Virus record (IMG/VR): IMGVR_UViG_3300032242_002454 | Coordinates: 140,626-204,625 of that record | DNA length: 64,000 nucleotides | Strand: one strand, 5' to 3' | Shown here: positions 26,286 to 36,094 of the stretch, piece by piece | Numbering within the stretch: position 1 is the stretch's first letter | How the letters are laid out: every line of letters starts with the position of its first letter | Program-made: the position numbers and the translations under genes | Notes under the pieces: generated by a model | Databases searched by the model: none | What the model saw: only the letters and a program-made list of their open reading frames with translations | What the model was told of the DNA's origin: nothing

Positions 26286-26492
26286 ATGCCAAAATATTAT
26301 GTGCAAACTGGACAAATGAAATATGTTGTTGATAAGCCAAACTCTGATGAGGCAATAATATGTACGTTGAAACACTTTAAAGGTAAAGGACTAGTTACTC
26401 ACTCAAAAATATGCATTAGTGAATTTGGGTGGGGAAAAAGATTAAAGTGTTATGATACCGATGAATTTTTGAAAGAAATCAATAATGAATAA
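26286..26492 (+). CDS. hypothetical protein
   Basis: ORF in operon. Confidence 0.65.
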   Translation: MPKYYVQTGQMKYVVDKPNSDEAIICTLKHFKGKGLVTHSKICISEFGWGKRLKCYDTDEFLKEINNE

Positions 26493-26949
26493 ACATACTA
26501 TTAGACCAGATGATCCAGAAAAACTAAACTACTTACCTCCTACTAAAATTATAGTCGGAGATTCGCTTGTTCATGGTAGGGGAGTTTTCGCTACCAGCAA
26601 AATCTATAAAGGAGAAATAATTGAACGATGTCCTTTGATAGAAATGGAATATAGATCTAAATACCAATTAGATCCTATTATTTTTGGTTATATGTATGCA
26701 CAACCACCATGTAATTGTGAAGATTGTGAAAAACATGGATTCGTTTTCCACATGGTTCTTGGTTATGGTATGATATATAATCATCAAGACCAACCTAATG
26801 CCTTGTGGAAATTTAATTATTCTCAATTACTATCAGATGTTATTGCTACAAAAGATATTAATAAAGATGATGAAATTTTTGTAAGTTATGGTAATTGTTA
26901 TTTTGATTCAGAAGGTATAGAGACAGGAAAAACTAAGGTTATCAAATGA
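26485..26949 (+). CDS. SET-domain lysine methyltransferase 1
   Basis: GRGVFA, YNHQDQPNA, DEIFVSYG. Confidence 0.9.
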   Translation: MNKHTIRPDDPEKLNYLPPTKIIVGDSLVHGRGVFATSKIYKGEIIERCPLIEMEYRSKYQLDPIIFGYMYAQPPCNCEDCEKHGFVFHMVLGYGMIYNHQDQPNALWKFNYSQLLSDVIATKDINKDDEIFVSYGNCYFDSEGIETGKTKVIK

Positions 26950-27380
26950 GTATAGATTTTTTACAAGATTTTCCTATTAAAGTAGGACTATCTGCCATAG
27001 AGGGTAGAGGTATCTTTTCTACTAAAGAAATTAAAGAAGGAGATCTTATAGAAAGATGCCCTATGGTTCCTTTGGCTTTTAGATCTAGATATCATTCAGA
27101 TCCTCAAATATATAAGTATTTGTATTCTCAACCAACTTGTCCATGTAATGAATGCAAGGTTCATGGTTTTAAATTTTATATGGTATTAGGATATGGAATG
27201 CTTTATAATCATCAAGATGATCCTAACACAGAATGGCAATTTGATTTTCCTAATCTAGTAGCAGACATTATGGCTATAAAAAATATTCCAGCAGGAAATG
27301 AAATTTTTGTAGATTATGGCACCAAATATTTTAATGATCAACCAAAAATAGAAAATAAAGATAATGCAAAAAATAATTAA
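26946..27380 (+). CDS. SET-domain lysine methyltransferase 2
   Basis: GRGIFS, YNHQDDPN, GNEIFVDYG. Confidence 0.9.
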   Translation: MSIDFLQDFPIKVGLSAIEGRGIFSTKEIKEGDLIERCPMVPLAFRSRYHSDPQIYKYLYSQPTCPCNECKVHGFKFYMVLGYGMLYNHQDDPNTEWQFDFPNLVADIMAIKNIPAGNEIFVDYGTKYFNDQPKIENKDNAKNN

Positions 27381-28488
27381 TGAAATTAAGCTTGATTTTG
27401 ATGATGTTCTTATCAAACCCAAAAGATCAGCTTTAAATAGTAGATCTGAGGTAACTTTAGTTAGAGAATTTAATTTTTCTAATTCAACAAGAAAATTGTC
27501 TTGTGTGCCAATTATGGTGGCTAATATGGATACTACTGGAACTTTTAGTATGACTGATCCAGTCTGTTCAGCACAGAGCATAGTGTGTTTACACAAGCAT
27601 TATTCTATAGAACAGTTGACATCTTTTTATTCTACTGATACTAATATAGATAAAGATCTTGTTTTTTATTCTACGGGAACGTCTGCAAAAGATCTTGAAA
27701 AACTAAAAGAGGTTTTTAACTCATTACTTTATATAGGCAAAAAAGTTCCTAATGTTTGTATTGATGTTGCAAATGGTTATAGTGAAAAATTTGTAAAAAT
27801 AACCAGTCATATTCGTGGACTATATCCAGATATTGTAATTATGGCTGGCAATGTAGTAACCCCAGAAATGGTTGAAGAATTAATACTCCATGGCAGAGTG
27901 GATATTGTTAAAGTAGGAATAGGATCAGGCTCAGTCTGCACTACTAGACTAAAAACTGGAATAGGCTATCCTCAATTGGCAGCAGTAATGGAATGTACCG
28001 ATGCTGCTCATGGATTAGGTGGTCATATTTGTTCTGATGGTGGATGCAAGATAGTTGGAGATGTTTGTAAAGCATTTGGTGCTAATGCAGATTTTGTAAT
28101 GCTAGGTAGTATGTTTGCTGGTACTGATGAATGTGAAGGAGAATGGGAATATGAGTTTAAATGTAAAAGAGCTGGCTTAACATCTGAATTTTGGCAACCA
28201 TTTAACCCCGGTTATGAAACAGAAAAGAAAAAAACTAAACTTAAGTTCTATGGTATGAGTTCTAAAAACGCTATGGATAAATATCATAATGGGATTGCAA
28301 ACTATAGAACTAGCGAGGGAAAATGCGTTACTATTCCTTACAAAGACAAAGCAGAAGTAATCCTACAAGATATTCTTGGTGGTATTAGAAGCGCTTGCAC
28401 TTACGTAGGAGCTTCTAAAATTAAGGATTTTGGCAAAAAAACTACTTTTATTCAGGTTAACAATACTCATAATAGGATTTTTGAATGA
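27364..28488 (+). CDS. guaC: GMP reductase
   Basis: LDFDDVLIKPKRS, ANMD, DVANGYSE, KVGIGSGSVCTTR, FYGMSS, YRTSEGK, SACTY. Confidence 0.95.
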   Translation: MQKIINEIKLDFDDVLIKPKRSALNSRSEVTLVREFNFSNSTRKLSCVPIMVANMDTTGTFSMTDPVCSAQSIVCLHKHYSIEQLTSFYSTDTNIDKDLVFYSTGTSAKDLEKLKEVFNSLLYIGKKVPNVCIDVANGYSEKFVKITSHIRGLYPDIVIMAGNVVTPEMVEELILHGRVDIVKVGIGSGSVCTTRLKTGIGYPQLAAVMECTDAAHGLGGHICSDGGCKIVGDVCKAFGANADFVMLGSMFAGTDECEGEWEYEFKCKRAGLTSEFWQPFNPGYETEKKKTKLKFYGMSSKNAMDKYHNGIANYRTSEGKCVTIPYKDKAEVILQDILGGIRSACTYVGASKIKDFGKKTTFIQVNNTHNRIFE

Positions 28489-29549
28489 ATATTAATTTAT
28501 ATGCTCCAATAGGAGTAACAGGCTATGGTAATGTGGCCTTTAATTTACTGAAACAGCTTGTTAAACAAGATCATAATGTTTGCTTAACTCCAATGGGCAA
28601 TCCAAAAGTAGAATCAGAGGAAGATTTAAATTTAATCCACCACGCTGTTGGTTTGGGCTCAAGTATTGATTATAATGCTGCTTGTATTAAAATTTGGCAT
28701 CAATTCGATTTACTAACTAGATCTGGTAATGGAAAATATTTAGCATATCCTTTTTTTGAAATAGACACTTTTAATACTCTAGAAAAGCATCATTTAGGAT
28801 TTCCAGATCAATTAATAGCTAGTAGTGAATGGGCTAAGAATGTTTTATTAGATAATGGCATTAAACAAGAAATTGGTATTGTACATTTGGGTGTTGATAA
28901 TACTATTTTTTATCCTAGAGAATTGACAACAAAAAGACCTCAAAATTTTATTTTTATCACAATAGGAAAGTGGGAAGTTCGCAAGTCGCACGATGTTATT
29001 ATAGAATGTTTTAATAAAGCATTTTCTAATCAAGATAATGTTGAGCTTTGGATGGTCACACATAATCCATTTTTGAATGAAACACAAGAAAAAGAATGGT
29101 TATCATTAGTTAATATCTCAAATCTTAAAAACAAAATTAAAGTTTTCCCAAGATTACCTAGTCAAGAAAATTTAGCAGAAGTTTTGTCCTACGCTGACTG
29201 TGGATTATATGTTTCCAGAGCGGAAGGATGGAATTTAGAAATACTTGAAACTATGGCAATGAATAAACCAGTTATAGTAACAAATTATTCTGCCCATACA
29301 GAATATTGTAATTCAAAAAATTCTTATTTGGTCGATATATCAGATAAAGAATTAGCTAATGATGGTAAATGGTTTCATGGAGAGGGTAATTGGGCTAAGA
29401 TTGGCGAAAAAGAAAAAGATCAAATTATTGAACACATGAGATATGTGTATTCCAATAAAATTAACACCAATCCAGAAGGTATACAAACAGCACAAAATTT
29501 TACTTGGGAAAATTCGGCCAAGCAATTAGTTAGGTGTATAGAAAAATAA
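28485..29549 (+). CDS. GT-B (GT4) glycosyltransferase
   Basis: GKWEVRK, SRAEGWNLEILE, FTWE. Confidence 0.9.
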   Translation: MNINLYAPIGVTGYGNVAFNLLKQLVKQDHNVCLTPMGNPKVESEEDLNLIHHAVGLGSSIDYNAACIKIWHQFDLLTRSGNGKYLAYPFFEIDTFNTLEKHHLGFPDQLIASSEWAKNVLLDNGIKQEIGIVHLGVDNTIFYPRELTTKRPQNFIFITIGKWEVRKSHDVIIECFNKAFSNQDNVELWMVTHNPFLNETQEKEWLSLVNISNLKNKIKVFPRLPSQENLAEVLSYADCGLYVSRAEGWNLEILETMAMNKPVIVTNYSAHTEYCNSKNSYLVDISDKELANDGKWFHGEGNWAKIGEKEKDQIIEHMRYVYSNKINTNPEGIQTAQNFTWENSAKQLVRCIEK

Positions 29550-29560
29550 GGAGAAATACT

Positions 29561-30127
29561 ATGCCAATTCCTGATCCACATCAAAATGAAGATAAAGATA
29601 AATTTGTATCTCGCTGTATGTCTAGTGAGATAATGAAAAAAGAGTATCCTGATAGCAAGCAAAGAGTTGCTATTTGTTTATCTCAAACTAAAAAAGATAA
29701 ACATGCTAAAAATCAATTACTAGAAGATGTTCAAGACAATTTAGCTTATCTAAGAGCTGAATATGATAATGAATGGGATGAATTTACTCAAGAAATTGTT
29801 CCAGAAATAATCTATGAAGATAATGATGAACAGATCATAGCTAAAGAAAATAATAAAAACAATAAAAACAATAAAAAAGTAACATTGAATAAACCTTTTC
29901 GCACCCCAAGTGGTCCCAAAAAGTTTTCTGTGTATGTTAAAAATGAAAAAGGTAATGTTGTAAAAGTAAACTTCGGTGATCCAAATATGGAAATTAAAAG
30001 AGACGATCCAGAAAGAAGGAAGTCTTATAGAGCAAGGCATAACTGTGATAATCCTGGACCAAAATGGAAAGCAGAATATTGGTCTTGTAAAATGTGGTCA
30101 AAAACTAATGTCTCAGATTTAACATAA
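29561..30127 (+). CDS. conserved large-phage basic protein
   Basis: FVSRCM...KQRVAIC and VNFGDPNM...RARHNC...YWSC modules; GGTGTA at 29533. Confidence 0.8.
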   Translation: MPIPDPHQNEDKDKFVSRCMSSEIMKKEYPDSKQRVAICLSQTKKDKHAKNQLLEDVQDNLAYLRAEYDNEWDEFTQEIVPEIIYEDNDEQIIAKENNKNNKNNKKVTLNKPFRTPSGPKKFSVYVKNEKGNVVKVNFGDPNMEIKRDDPERRKSYRARHNCDNPGPKWKAEYWSCKMWSKTNVSDLT

Positions 30128-30136
30128 GGAATCAAT

Positions 30137-30727
30137 ATGTCAAAAGATCATCATAGTATTTCAGAACTATTAAAAGAACAAGAATCTAAGTTATCCATCA
30201 AAGAAAAGGCAAAAATTATGGCAGATCATATAGAATTATTATCCGATAAAGATGCACAAAATTATATCAATGATAATGTAGTAGATCTACTAAAAAAGTC
30301 TTTAAATATTCATTGGCAACAGACTACCGCTTTATCCGCACAAGCTGTTCATCTTGAAAGATGGGGATATGCTAAATTAGCCGAAGTTGTTAAAGCAGAT
30401 GCTTTACAAGAACATCAACACGCCATGATTAATCTTACAAGATTAGAATTTTTTGATGCAGACTATCAACCGCTCATTGTTCAACCAAAGACATGGAAAA
30501 GACACGATATGATAGATATGATAAAATATAATCTAGAGTCTGTCCAAGAGGCATCAAAAGCTGAACGAGCAACTATTTCTGCTGCTAGAGCAGTTGGTGA
30601 TGAAATTACTGCTAATATAATGATACCTCTACTTCAAGGCAGCGAAGATGGCATTATACTATATAGTGGTTTCTTAAAACTTATTGAACAAATGGGGCTA
30701 GACAACTTCCTCTCTATTCAAGCATAA
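30137..30727 (+). CDS. bacterioferritin-like protein, degenerate ferroxidase centre
   Basis: RWGYAKLA...EHQHA...RLEF; IEQMGLDNFL aligns with Bfr. Confidence 0.75.
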   Translation: MSKDHHSISELLKEQESKLSIKEKAKIMADHIELLSDKDAQNYINDNVVDLLKKSLNIHWQQTTALSAQAVHLERWGYAKLAEVVKADALQEHQHAMINLTRLEFFDADYQPLIVQPKTWKRHDMIDMIKYNLESVQEASKAERATISAARAVGDEITANIMIPLLQGSEDGIILYSGFLKLIEQMGLDNFLSIQA

Positions 30728-30736
30728 AGATTAATA

Positions 30737-31663
30737 ATGAATAATTTTCATAAAATATTACTAAATATAGAGCAAGCAATAGCTGCACAAAAAACATATG
30801 ATGGCAAAAAAAGAAGTGATCTGAAAGACAGTGATTTCCTTTTTCCAGAAACACAATCATTTCCAATCGTATCTCCAACAGATGTAAAAGATGCTATTAG
30901 TAATTATGGAAGAATGAGTGAAAAAATAACTTATGATGCTTTTTTAAGGAAACTTTATAATTTTTGTAAGAAAAAAGGTTCAGAATTTGTAGCAGCACTA
31001 CCTGATGCTAGTAAAGAAAAATTAGGCATTAAAAGTAATGCTGATGATGTTTTTGATTTAATAACATCTCCACCAGAAAATTTATCTGAGGATGAAGAAA
31101 ATTCTTCTATAGTAGAAAATGAAGAAACTATAAAAGAATTATATGATATGTCTCTTTCTTCCATAAAGTCCATCAATGTACATGTACAGGGAATTTTAAA
31201 TGCTATTGACAATAACAACATGGACGTAAAAGACAATTTGACAGAAGCTTGGCTTCAGGGTAAAATCGCCATAGTTGCTGACTATGTTAGACAAATACAT
31301 GATTTTCTCATGTTTTCTCAGGATTCTGACGATATTGAAAATAGCGATACTACAGCGAATAAAGCTATTAAGAAAAAAAAGAAAATCCAACCATCATTTT
31401 TACATAATTTTCCATTTTTACATTTTAGCGCACCCATTACAACTAATGAAGAATCTCAAGAAAATGAGAATAATGAAACAGAAGAAATGCCTGAAACCTC
31501 AGAACCATCCACCATTTCTAAAACAGGACTATGGGATAATATTCGTAAAAAGAAAGAAAGAGAAGGCAAGAATTATAAACCAGCTAAACCTGGAGATAAA
31601 GATAGACCAGATCCAAAAACTTGGAAAAAGTTAATCGACGAAGAAAATAAGAAGAAGAACTAA
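30737..31663 (+). CDS. multi-module large-phage protein (possible virion/head-associated)
   Basis: SFPI...DA, EAWLQGKI, GLWDNIRKK...KPGDKDRP modules. Confidence 0.7.
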   Translation: MNNFHKILLNIEQAIAAQKTYDGKKRSDLKDSDFLFPETQSFPIVSPTDVKDAISNYGRMSEKITYDAFLRKLYNFCKKKGSEFVAALPDASKEKLGIKSNADDVFDLITSPPENLSEDEENSSIVENEETIKELYDMSLSSIKSINVHVQGILNAIDNNNMDVKDNLTEAWLQGKIAIVADYVRQIHDFLMFSQDSDDIENSDTTANKAIKKKKKIQPSFLHNFPFLHFSAPITTNEESQENENNETEEMPETSEPSTISKTGLWDNIRKKKEREGKNYKPAKPGDKDRPDPKTWKKLIDEENKKKN

Positions 31664-31708
31664 TTAAATAGTTCGGATATTAGGAATCTAACTTAAAGGA
31701 AATAAATA

Positions 31709-32290
31709 ATGGAAAAAGAATTCGACAGTCTGTCTGCGTATATTACTTTAGCTAAAAAAATTATATCCAAGTTTGCTCCAACATTTTATAGTAATCTTCG
31801 TCAAGAATTACTATCTAATGAGGATGCTATAGCAGATATAGCTTCTGCTATTATGATTGGAGATTGGAGATGGGATGAAAATAGATCAGGCTTTAATGGC
31901 AAGTCCAAGACTAAATATTCCTATAGAAATCAATGTGGTATTTGGGCGATTAAAACCTATCTTTCTAATAAATATAGAAAGTGCAATACTCATTATTCTA
32001 TAGATGCCACAGATGTCAATGATGTTAATTTTTCAGATAATATTAGTGATAAAGAAGAGTATGATCCTTCTCTTTTGGCTGAGAAAGAAGAATACAATGA
32101 TGCTCTAAAATCTAATATAAATAACATTCTTAGTTGTGGTATTATTTCTGATAAGCAAAGAGATCAGATTAAACAGTATTATTTTGAAGAAAAAACACTG
32201 TCAGAGATCGGTAGAGATTTTGGAGTAACAAGAGAAGCAGTTAGACAAAATATTCAGAAGGGTCTTTCTAAAATCAGAGAATATGTATAA
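31709..32290 (+). CDS. phage sigma-factor-like protein
   Basis: Region-4 HTH TLSEIGRDFGVTREAVRQ; region-2-like RWDENR...YSY. Confidence 0.8.
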   Translation: MEKEFDSLSAYITLAKKIISKFAPTFYSNLRQELLSNEDAIADIASAIMIGDWRWDENRSGFNGKSKTKYSYRNQCGIWAIKTYLSNKYRKCNTHYSIDATDVNDVNFSDNISDKEEYDPSLLAEKEEYNDALKSNINNILSCGIISDKQRDQIKQYYFEEKTLSEIGRDFGVTREAVRQNIQKGLSKIREYV

Positions 32291-32630
32291 AACTAATGTC
32301 TGTTTATTTATTAGTTCTTTTGATCTAGAGAAAAATGAAAGATTTATTCTTTCAACTACAGAAGAAAAATATATTCCTTTGTCAATTGAACTTCAGGATT
32401 ATCATAAAACAGTTCGTGATGCTTTGAGAGAATTATTTGAATCCACAGTTGTGATAGATTTTGAATGGATTAATCCTCTTTTGGTTGATGTTCTTAAAGA
32501 AGATGATTCCGTTAATATTCACTATGCTTGTACTATTCCTCCAGAAACAGAAATTAAACAGGGTTCTCGTATAAGTGTGCATTTGGCCATTATAAATAAA
32601 ATTGCTAGAAAGTCATTATCATATGTTTAG
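32283..32630 (+). CDS. hypothetical protein (possible degenerate Nudix fold)
   Basis: TVRDALRELFE. Confidence 0.55.
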   Translation: MYKTNVCLFISSFDLEKNERFILSTTEEKYIPLSIELQDYHKTVRDALRELFESTVVIDFEWINPLLVDVLKEDDSVNIHYACTIPPETEIKQGSRISVHLAIINKIARKSLSYV

Positions 32631-33015
32631 TTTTTTAAAATCCATATTTCATTCTCGTAAGAAAGAAGAGACAAAAGAAAACTATTTATGTAGTATAAAA
32701 ATAGAATTAAACCATGATAGTTCTATTAATATAGTGTGTTATTGGCCTGATTTAACAAATTTAGATGAAGATGTTATTGATAATGTTGCCAATCCCTATG
32801 CTGGTTTATTATATCTATTAAATGGGGGCTCATTAAATCAAGATATTATTAAGGCTTTGTCTAATTTTCAAGAAAATAATATTGAAGATTCTTATTTTGT
32901 AAATAAAGTTTTAACCAAATGGCTAGAATTAGCCACTCCTAAAATTGATTCAAAAAAATATAATATAGATCCGATGATCAGACCATCTAGTGTATTTAAA
33001 AACTATACTAAGTAG
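32623..33015 (+). CDS. hypothetical protein
   Basis: C-term PMIRPSSVF. Confidence 0.7.
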   Translation: MFSFLKSIFHSRKKEETKENYLCSIKIELNHDSSINIVCYWPDLTNLDEDVIDNVANPYAGLLYLLNGGSLNQDIIKALSNFQENNIEDSYFVNKVLTKWLELATPKIDSKKYNIDPMIRPSSVFKNYTK

Positions 33016-33041
33016 ATATTCTCGTATTTAAATAGGACAAT

Positions 33042-33464
33042 ATGAAAAACGTATATAATGAGGATAATCTAGTAGTTTGGCAAAAATGGTTTGATCCTTT
33101 TGGAGATGACGATACTCCAGAGCTAGGGCTTCATCGCACTAATGATGAAGAGTCCGATGATGTAGAAGGTAATTACGAAGAAGTTAGAGAGATACAAAAA
33201 CCTATGAGAGCTATTGCTACTCCTATGGGTTTGATACCTTATACAGAAAATACTGCATCTGGTAAGATTTTTAATTTTTGGGTAGGCCATACCAACTTCA
33301 ATGTTAATAATGATATTGTGGATATAATTGAAAATACTGATGGAGTAGAAACACTAGATGTTTTTACTAGATATAGGTTTCGTATTGCTATTGGCAAAGT
33401 ATTTGATGACGCTAAGGTTATGAAAGAAATTAATGATCAAGTATATTATCACCTAGGTAATTAA
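33042..33464 (+). CDS. conserved hypothetical phage protein
   Basis: WQKWFDP...FWVGHTNF...GVE...TRYRFRIAIGK. Confidence 0.8.
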   Translation: MKNVYNEDNLVVWQKWFDPFGDDDTPELGLHRTNDEESDDVEGNYEEVREIQKPMRAIATPMGLIPYTENTASGKIFNFWVGHTNFNVNNDIVDIIENTDGVETLDVFTRYRFRIAIGKVFDDAKVMKEINDQVYYHLGN

Positions 33465-33465
33465 T

Positions 33466-34143
33466 ATGGTAATAGCCTCTCCTAATGATAGTGAAATCAA
33501 TGATATCCATAATTTTAATATAGATATCAAAAATAGAGAGGTATATCTACACTCATATATAGATGGTGCAGATGAAGGTGGTGTTGATTATAGGTCAGCT
33601 GTTGTATTTGAAAAAAATATCAGATATCTAAATACACTATCTTCCGAACCCATATTAGTTCATATGCACTTGCCGGGAGGAGAATGGCAAGACTGCTTAG
33701 GAATATATGATACTATTAGATTTTCTAAATCTAGAATTGTTGTACTAGCTTATGCAAAAGTAGAGTCCTCAAGTAGCGTCATATTCCAAGCTGCACCACT
33801 AAGGATTCTAACTCCAAATGCTACTATGCTAATTCATTATGGTTCATTTAGTATGGATAGTGAACACTCTAAGGCTGCTGCTAGTTCTATCAAATGGAAT
33901 GAACAAGAGTGTGATAAGATGATTGAAATTTTTACCGACAGATGTATGGAAAGTGAACTAGCTAAACAAAAGAATTGGAAGAAAATGATGGCCAGAAAAC
34001 ACATCACTTCCCAATTGGCTAATAAGTGTGATTGGATTTTAACTTCTAACGAAGCAGTAGAGTATGGGTTTGCAGACGGTGTATTAGGTAGTAAGAAATA
34101 CCCCAGTATTGAACTACTTAAAACACACAGAATTAAAAAATGA
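33466..34143 (+). CDS. clpP: ClpP-like (S14) protease
   Basis: PGG, IYD, Ser in VESSSS, LIH, DWILTSNEAVEYGFAD. Confidence 0.85.
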   Translation: MVIASPNDSEINDIHNFNIDIKNREVYLHSYIDGADEGGVDYRSAVVFEKNIRYLNTLSSEPILVHMHLPGGEWQDCLGIYDTIRFSKSRIVVLAYAKVESSSSVIFQAAPLRILTPNATMLIHYGSFSMDSEHSKAAASSIKWNEQECDKMIEIFTDRCMESELAKQKNWKKMMARKHITSQLANKCDWILTSNEAVEYGFADGVLGSKKYPSIELLKTHRIKK

Positions 34144-34784
34144 TAATTGAATATTCAATATATGATATTTCTTTATCTGATGAAGAAATAAAAAAACTAT
34201 TAGCTGAAGCAGTTCAGTATAAACCAAATACAATTTCTGTATTATTACCACACATTAAAGTAGCTAAAAACATTTTAGCCAGTACTGGTATTAGTATTTC
34301 TACTCCAATAGATTATCCATTTGGTATCTTAGATACTAAAAATAGAGCAACTATTGTGGAGACAGCTATTAAATCTGGTGCTAACATCGTAAGCCTAGTT
34401 GCTCAACCATCTTTTTTTTGTAATCGTAAATACGATAAATTTAGAGAAGATATTAAAATCAATTTAGAAATATGCACCCAAGCCTCTGTAGAACTAAGAT
34501 ACATGTTAGAGTATAGAGTATTCACATATGAGTTATTATACAAAGTTTCTCAAATCTTGATGGATTTTGGAATAGATACCATATATCCTTCAACAGGACA
34601 TTCTTTAGATGATATTAATGACAATATCCTCGCTGCTGCTCTAATCAATAAAAAAGTGCCAATTAATATCATTTGTAATGGTAATGTTTGGAATATTGGC
34701 CACATTAATAATATCAAGAAGATCGATCTTTATGGTATTAAGGTCAACTCTATTAATGCTTTACAACTATTATCACAAAAATAA
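34140..34784 (+). CDS. DeoC-like TIM barrel lacking catalytic lysines
   Basis: IDYPFG, AIKSGA, IYPSTG in place of VKTSTG. Confidence 0.7.
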   Translation: MIIEYSIYDISLSDEEIKKLLAEAVQYKPNTISVLLPHIKVAKNILASTGISISTPIDYPFGILDTKNRATIVETAIKSGANIVSLVAQPSFFCNRKYDKFREDIKINLEICTQASVELRYMLEYRVFTYELLYKVSQILMDFGIDTIYPSTGHSLDDINDNILAAALINKKVPINIICNGNVWNIGHINNIKKIDLYGIKVNSINALQLLSQK

Positions 34785-34848
34785 TAGACCTTCTTTTAGT
34801 TTTAGGGTATAGTATAATTAGCATTTCCGTCAACCATGGGAGAATAAA

Positions 34849-35403
34849 ATGGCTATAGCAAAAACATCTGGTTCTGATTATACAGTACCTCCAAACGTAA
34901 AGTCCAGTGGCTCAGTTAATAACAGAGGCACAGTAGCTCGTGGTGGCTCAGTTGCTTCTGGTAAGCTCACAAACGTAGGCGTTAGTAGATATAACACAAC
35001 AGTATTTGCTTCAACAGTTCTTGATAATAGTTGGGCTGATAAAGCTCTAAGTGCTGGCACTTTTGCTTATAATGATAAGAATGGTGTTGCTATGAGAACC
35101 ACATCAGATATAGCTGGTGTTGCTAATACTTCATTGTTAACTGGAGCTAATGTTCCAGGTATCACTCGTAGTATCCACAAACTTGAAACCCTTAGAACTC
35201 GTAGATTCACAACAGCTATCAGAGCTAACAAGTACAACCTTTATACAGGAACATTCGATAATGGTTATCCTGTTGTAGCTGTTGATACATTAGCCACAGA
35301 TAATGCTGCAAATCCAACTCGTTCTGCTCCTGGTCAGCTTACTTATAAGCTTGGTGGCGTAGTACCAGTTATAAATAATGATTACAAGGCTAAGACTGGC
35401 TGA
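34849..35403 (+). CDS. probable virion structural protein
   Basis: S/T/G/A-rich, strong RBS, own promoter-like site and terminator. Confidence 0.65.
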   Translation: MAIAKTSGSDYTVPPNVKSSGSVNNRGTVARGGSVASGKLTNVGVSRYNTTVFASTVLDNSWADKALSAGTFAYNDKNGVAMRTTSDIAGVANTSLLTGANVPGITRSIHKLETLRTRRFTTAIRANKYNLYTGTFDNGYPVVAVDTLATDNAANPTRSAPGQLTYKLGGVVPVINNDYKAKTG

Positions 35404-35432
35404 GTATAACTAATCAATTTTACTATACAACT

Positions 35433-35466
35433 AAAGCCAGCGATGCCTTGAGTGTCGTTGGCTTTT
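35433..35466 (+). terminator. intrinsic terminator
   Basis: AAGCCAGCGATGC-cttga-GTGTCGTTGGCTT-TT. Confidence 0.8.
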
Positions 35467-35491
35467 AGTTATTACTTAGAAGGTAAATTTC

Positions 35492-35809
35492 ATGAGCGAA
35501 ACAATTATTCATTTCTGGGAAAATATTGCTACAACCAGTATTGGCATTATTGTTACTATGGTAGGGTTTTGGGTGGCTATAGGACGAAATATGGCTACTA
35601 AATCAGAAGTTTTAGTAATGATTGAGACACAATCTCCATATGTACATGATCGTCAATTTATTATGGAAAGATTAAATACTAATAAAGAAACCCAAGCGGC
35701 TTTTGCTAATGCTTTACAAAGAAACACTGAAGTTATGACAGAATTAAAAATTCAAATAGCAACACTTGGTAAAACTCTAGAGGCTCTAGAAGACCGCATC
35801 GAAAAATAG
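35492..35809 (+). CDS. single-TM coiled-coil protein (holin/XhlA-like architecture)
   Basis: N-term TM then heptads. Confidence 0.65.
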   Translation: MSETIIHFWENIATTSIGIIVTMVGFWVAIGRNMATKSEVLVMIETQSPYVHDRQFIMERLNTNKETQAAFANALQRNTEVMTELKIQIATLGKTLEALEDRIEK

Positions 35810-35848
35810 TGTATATAATTACAACCCCTTATTCTGGAGAATCAAACA

Positions 35849-36058
35849 ATGGCTAGACCATATACAGACGTTCAAGCTGCAATCAGTGGTAATGTGGTTA
35901 AAAATGGCACAGCAGTCGTATCAACAACATTTACTGGTAAATATTCAACAAATAACAATTACGTCAAGAACACACCAGCAATCAGTACCATTTACAATAA
36001 ATATGGCAATAAGTTCTATAATGGTATATTTGTTAAAGTATTACCTAGCGGCACATGA
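35849..36058 (+). CDS. small hypothetical protein
   Basis: GGAG RBS; AGTGTA at 35808. Confidence 0.7.
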   Translation: MARPYTDVQAAISGNVVKNGTAVVSTTFTGKYSTNNNYVKNTPAISTIYNKYGNKFYNGIFVKVLPSGT

Positions 36059-36094
36059 TATTTTTTGGCAATTTAAAATGGGAGTTTAACATTC

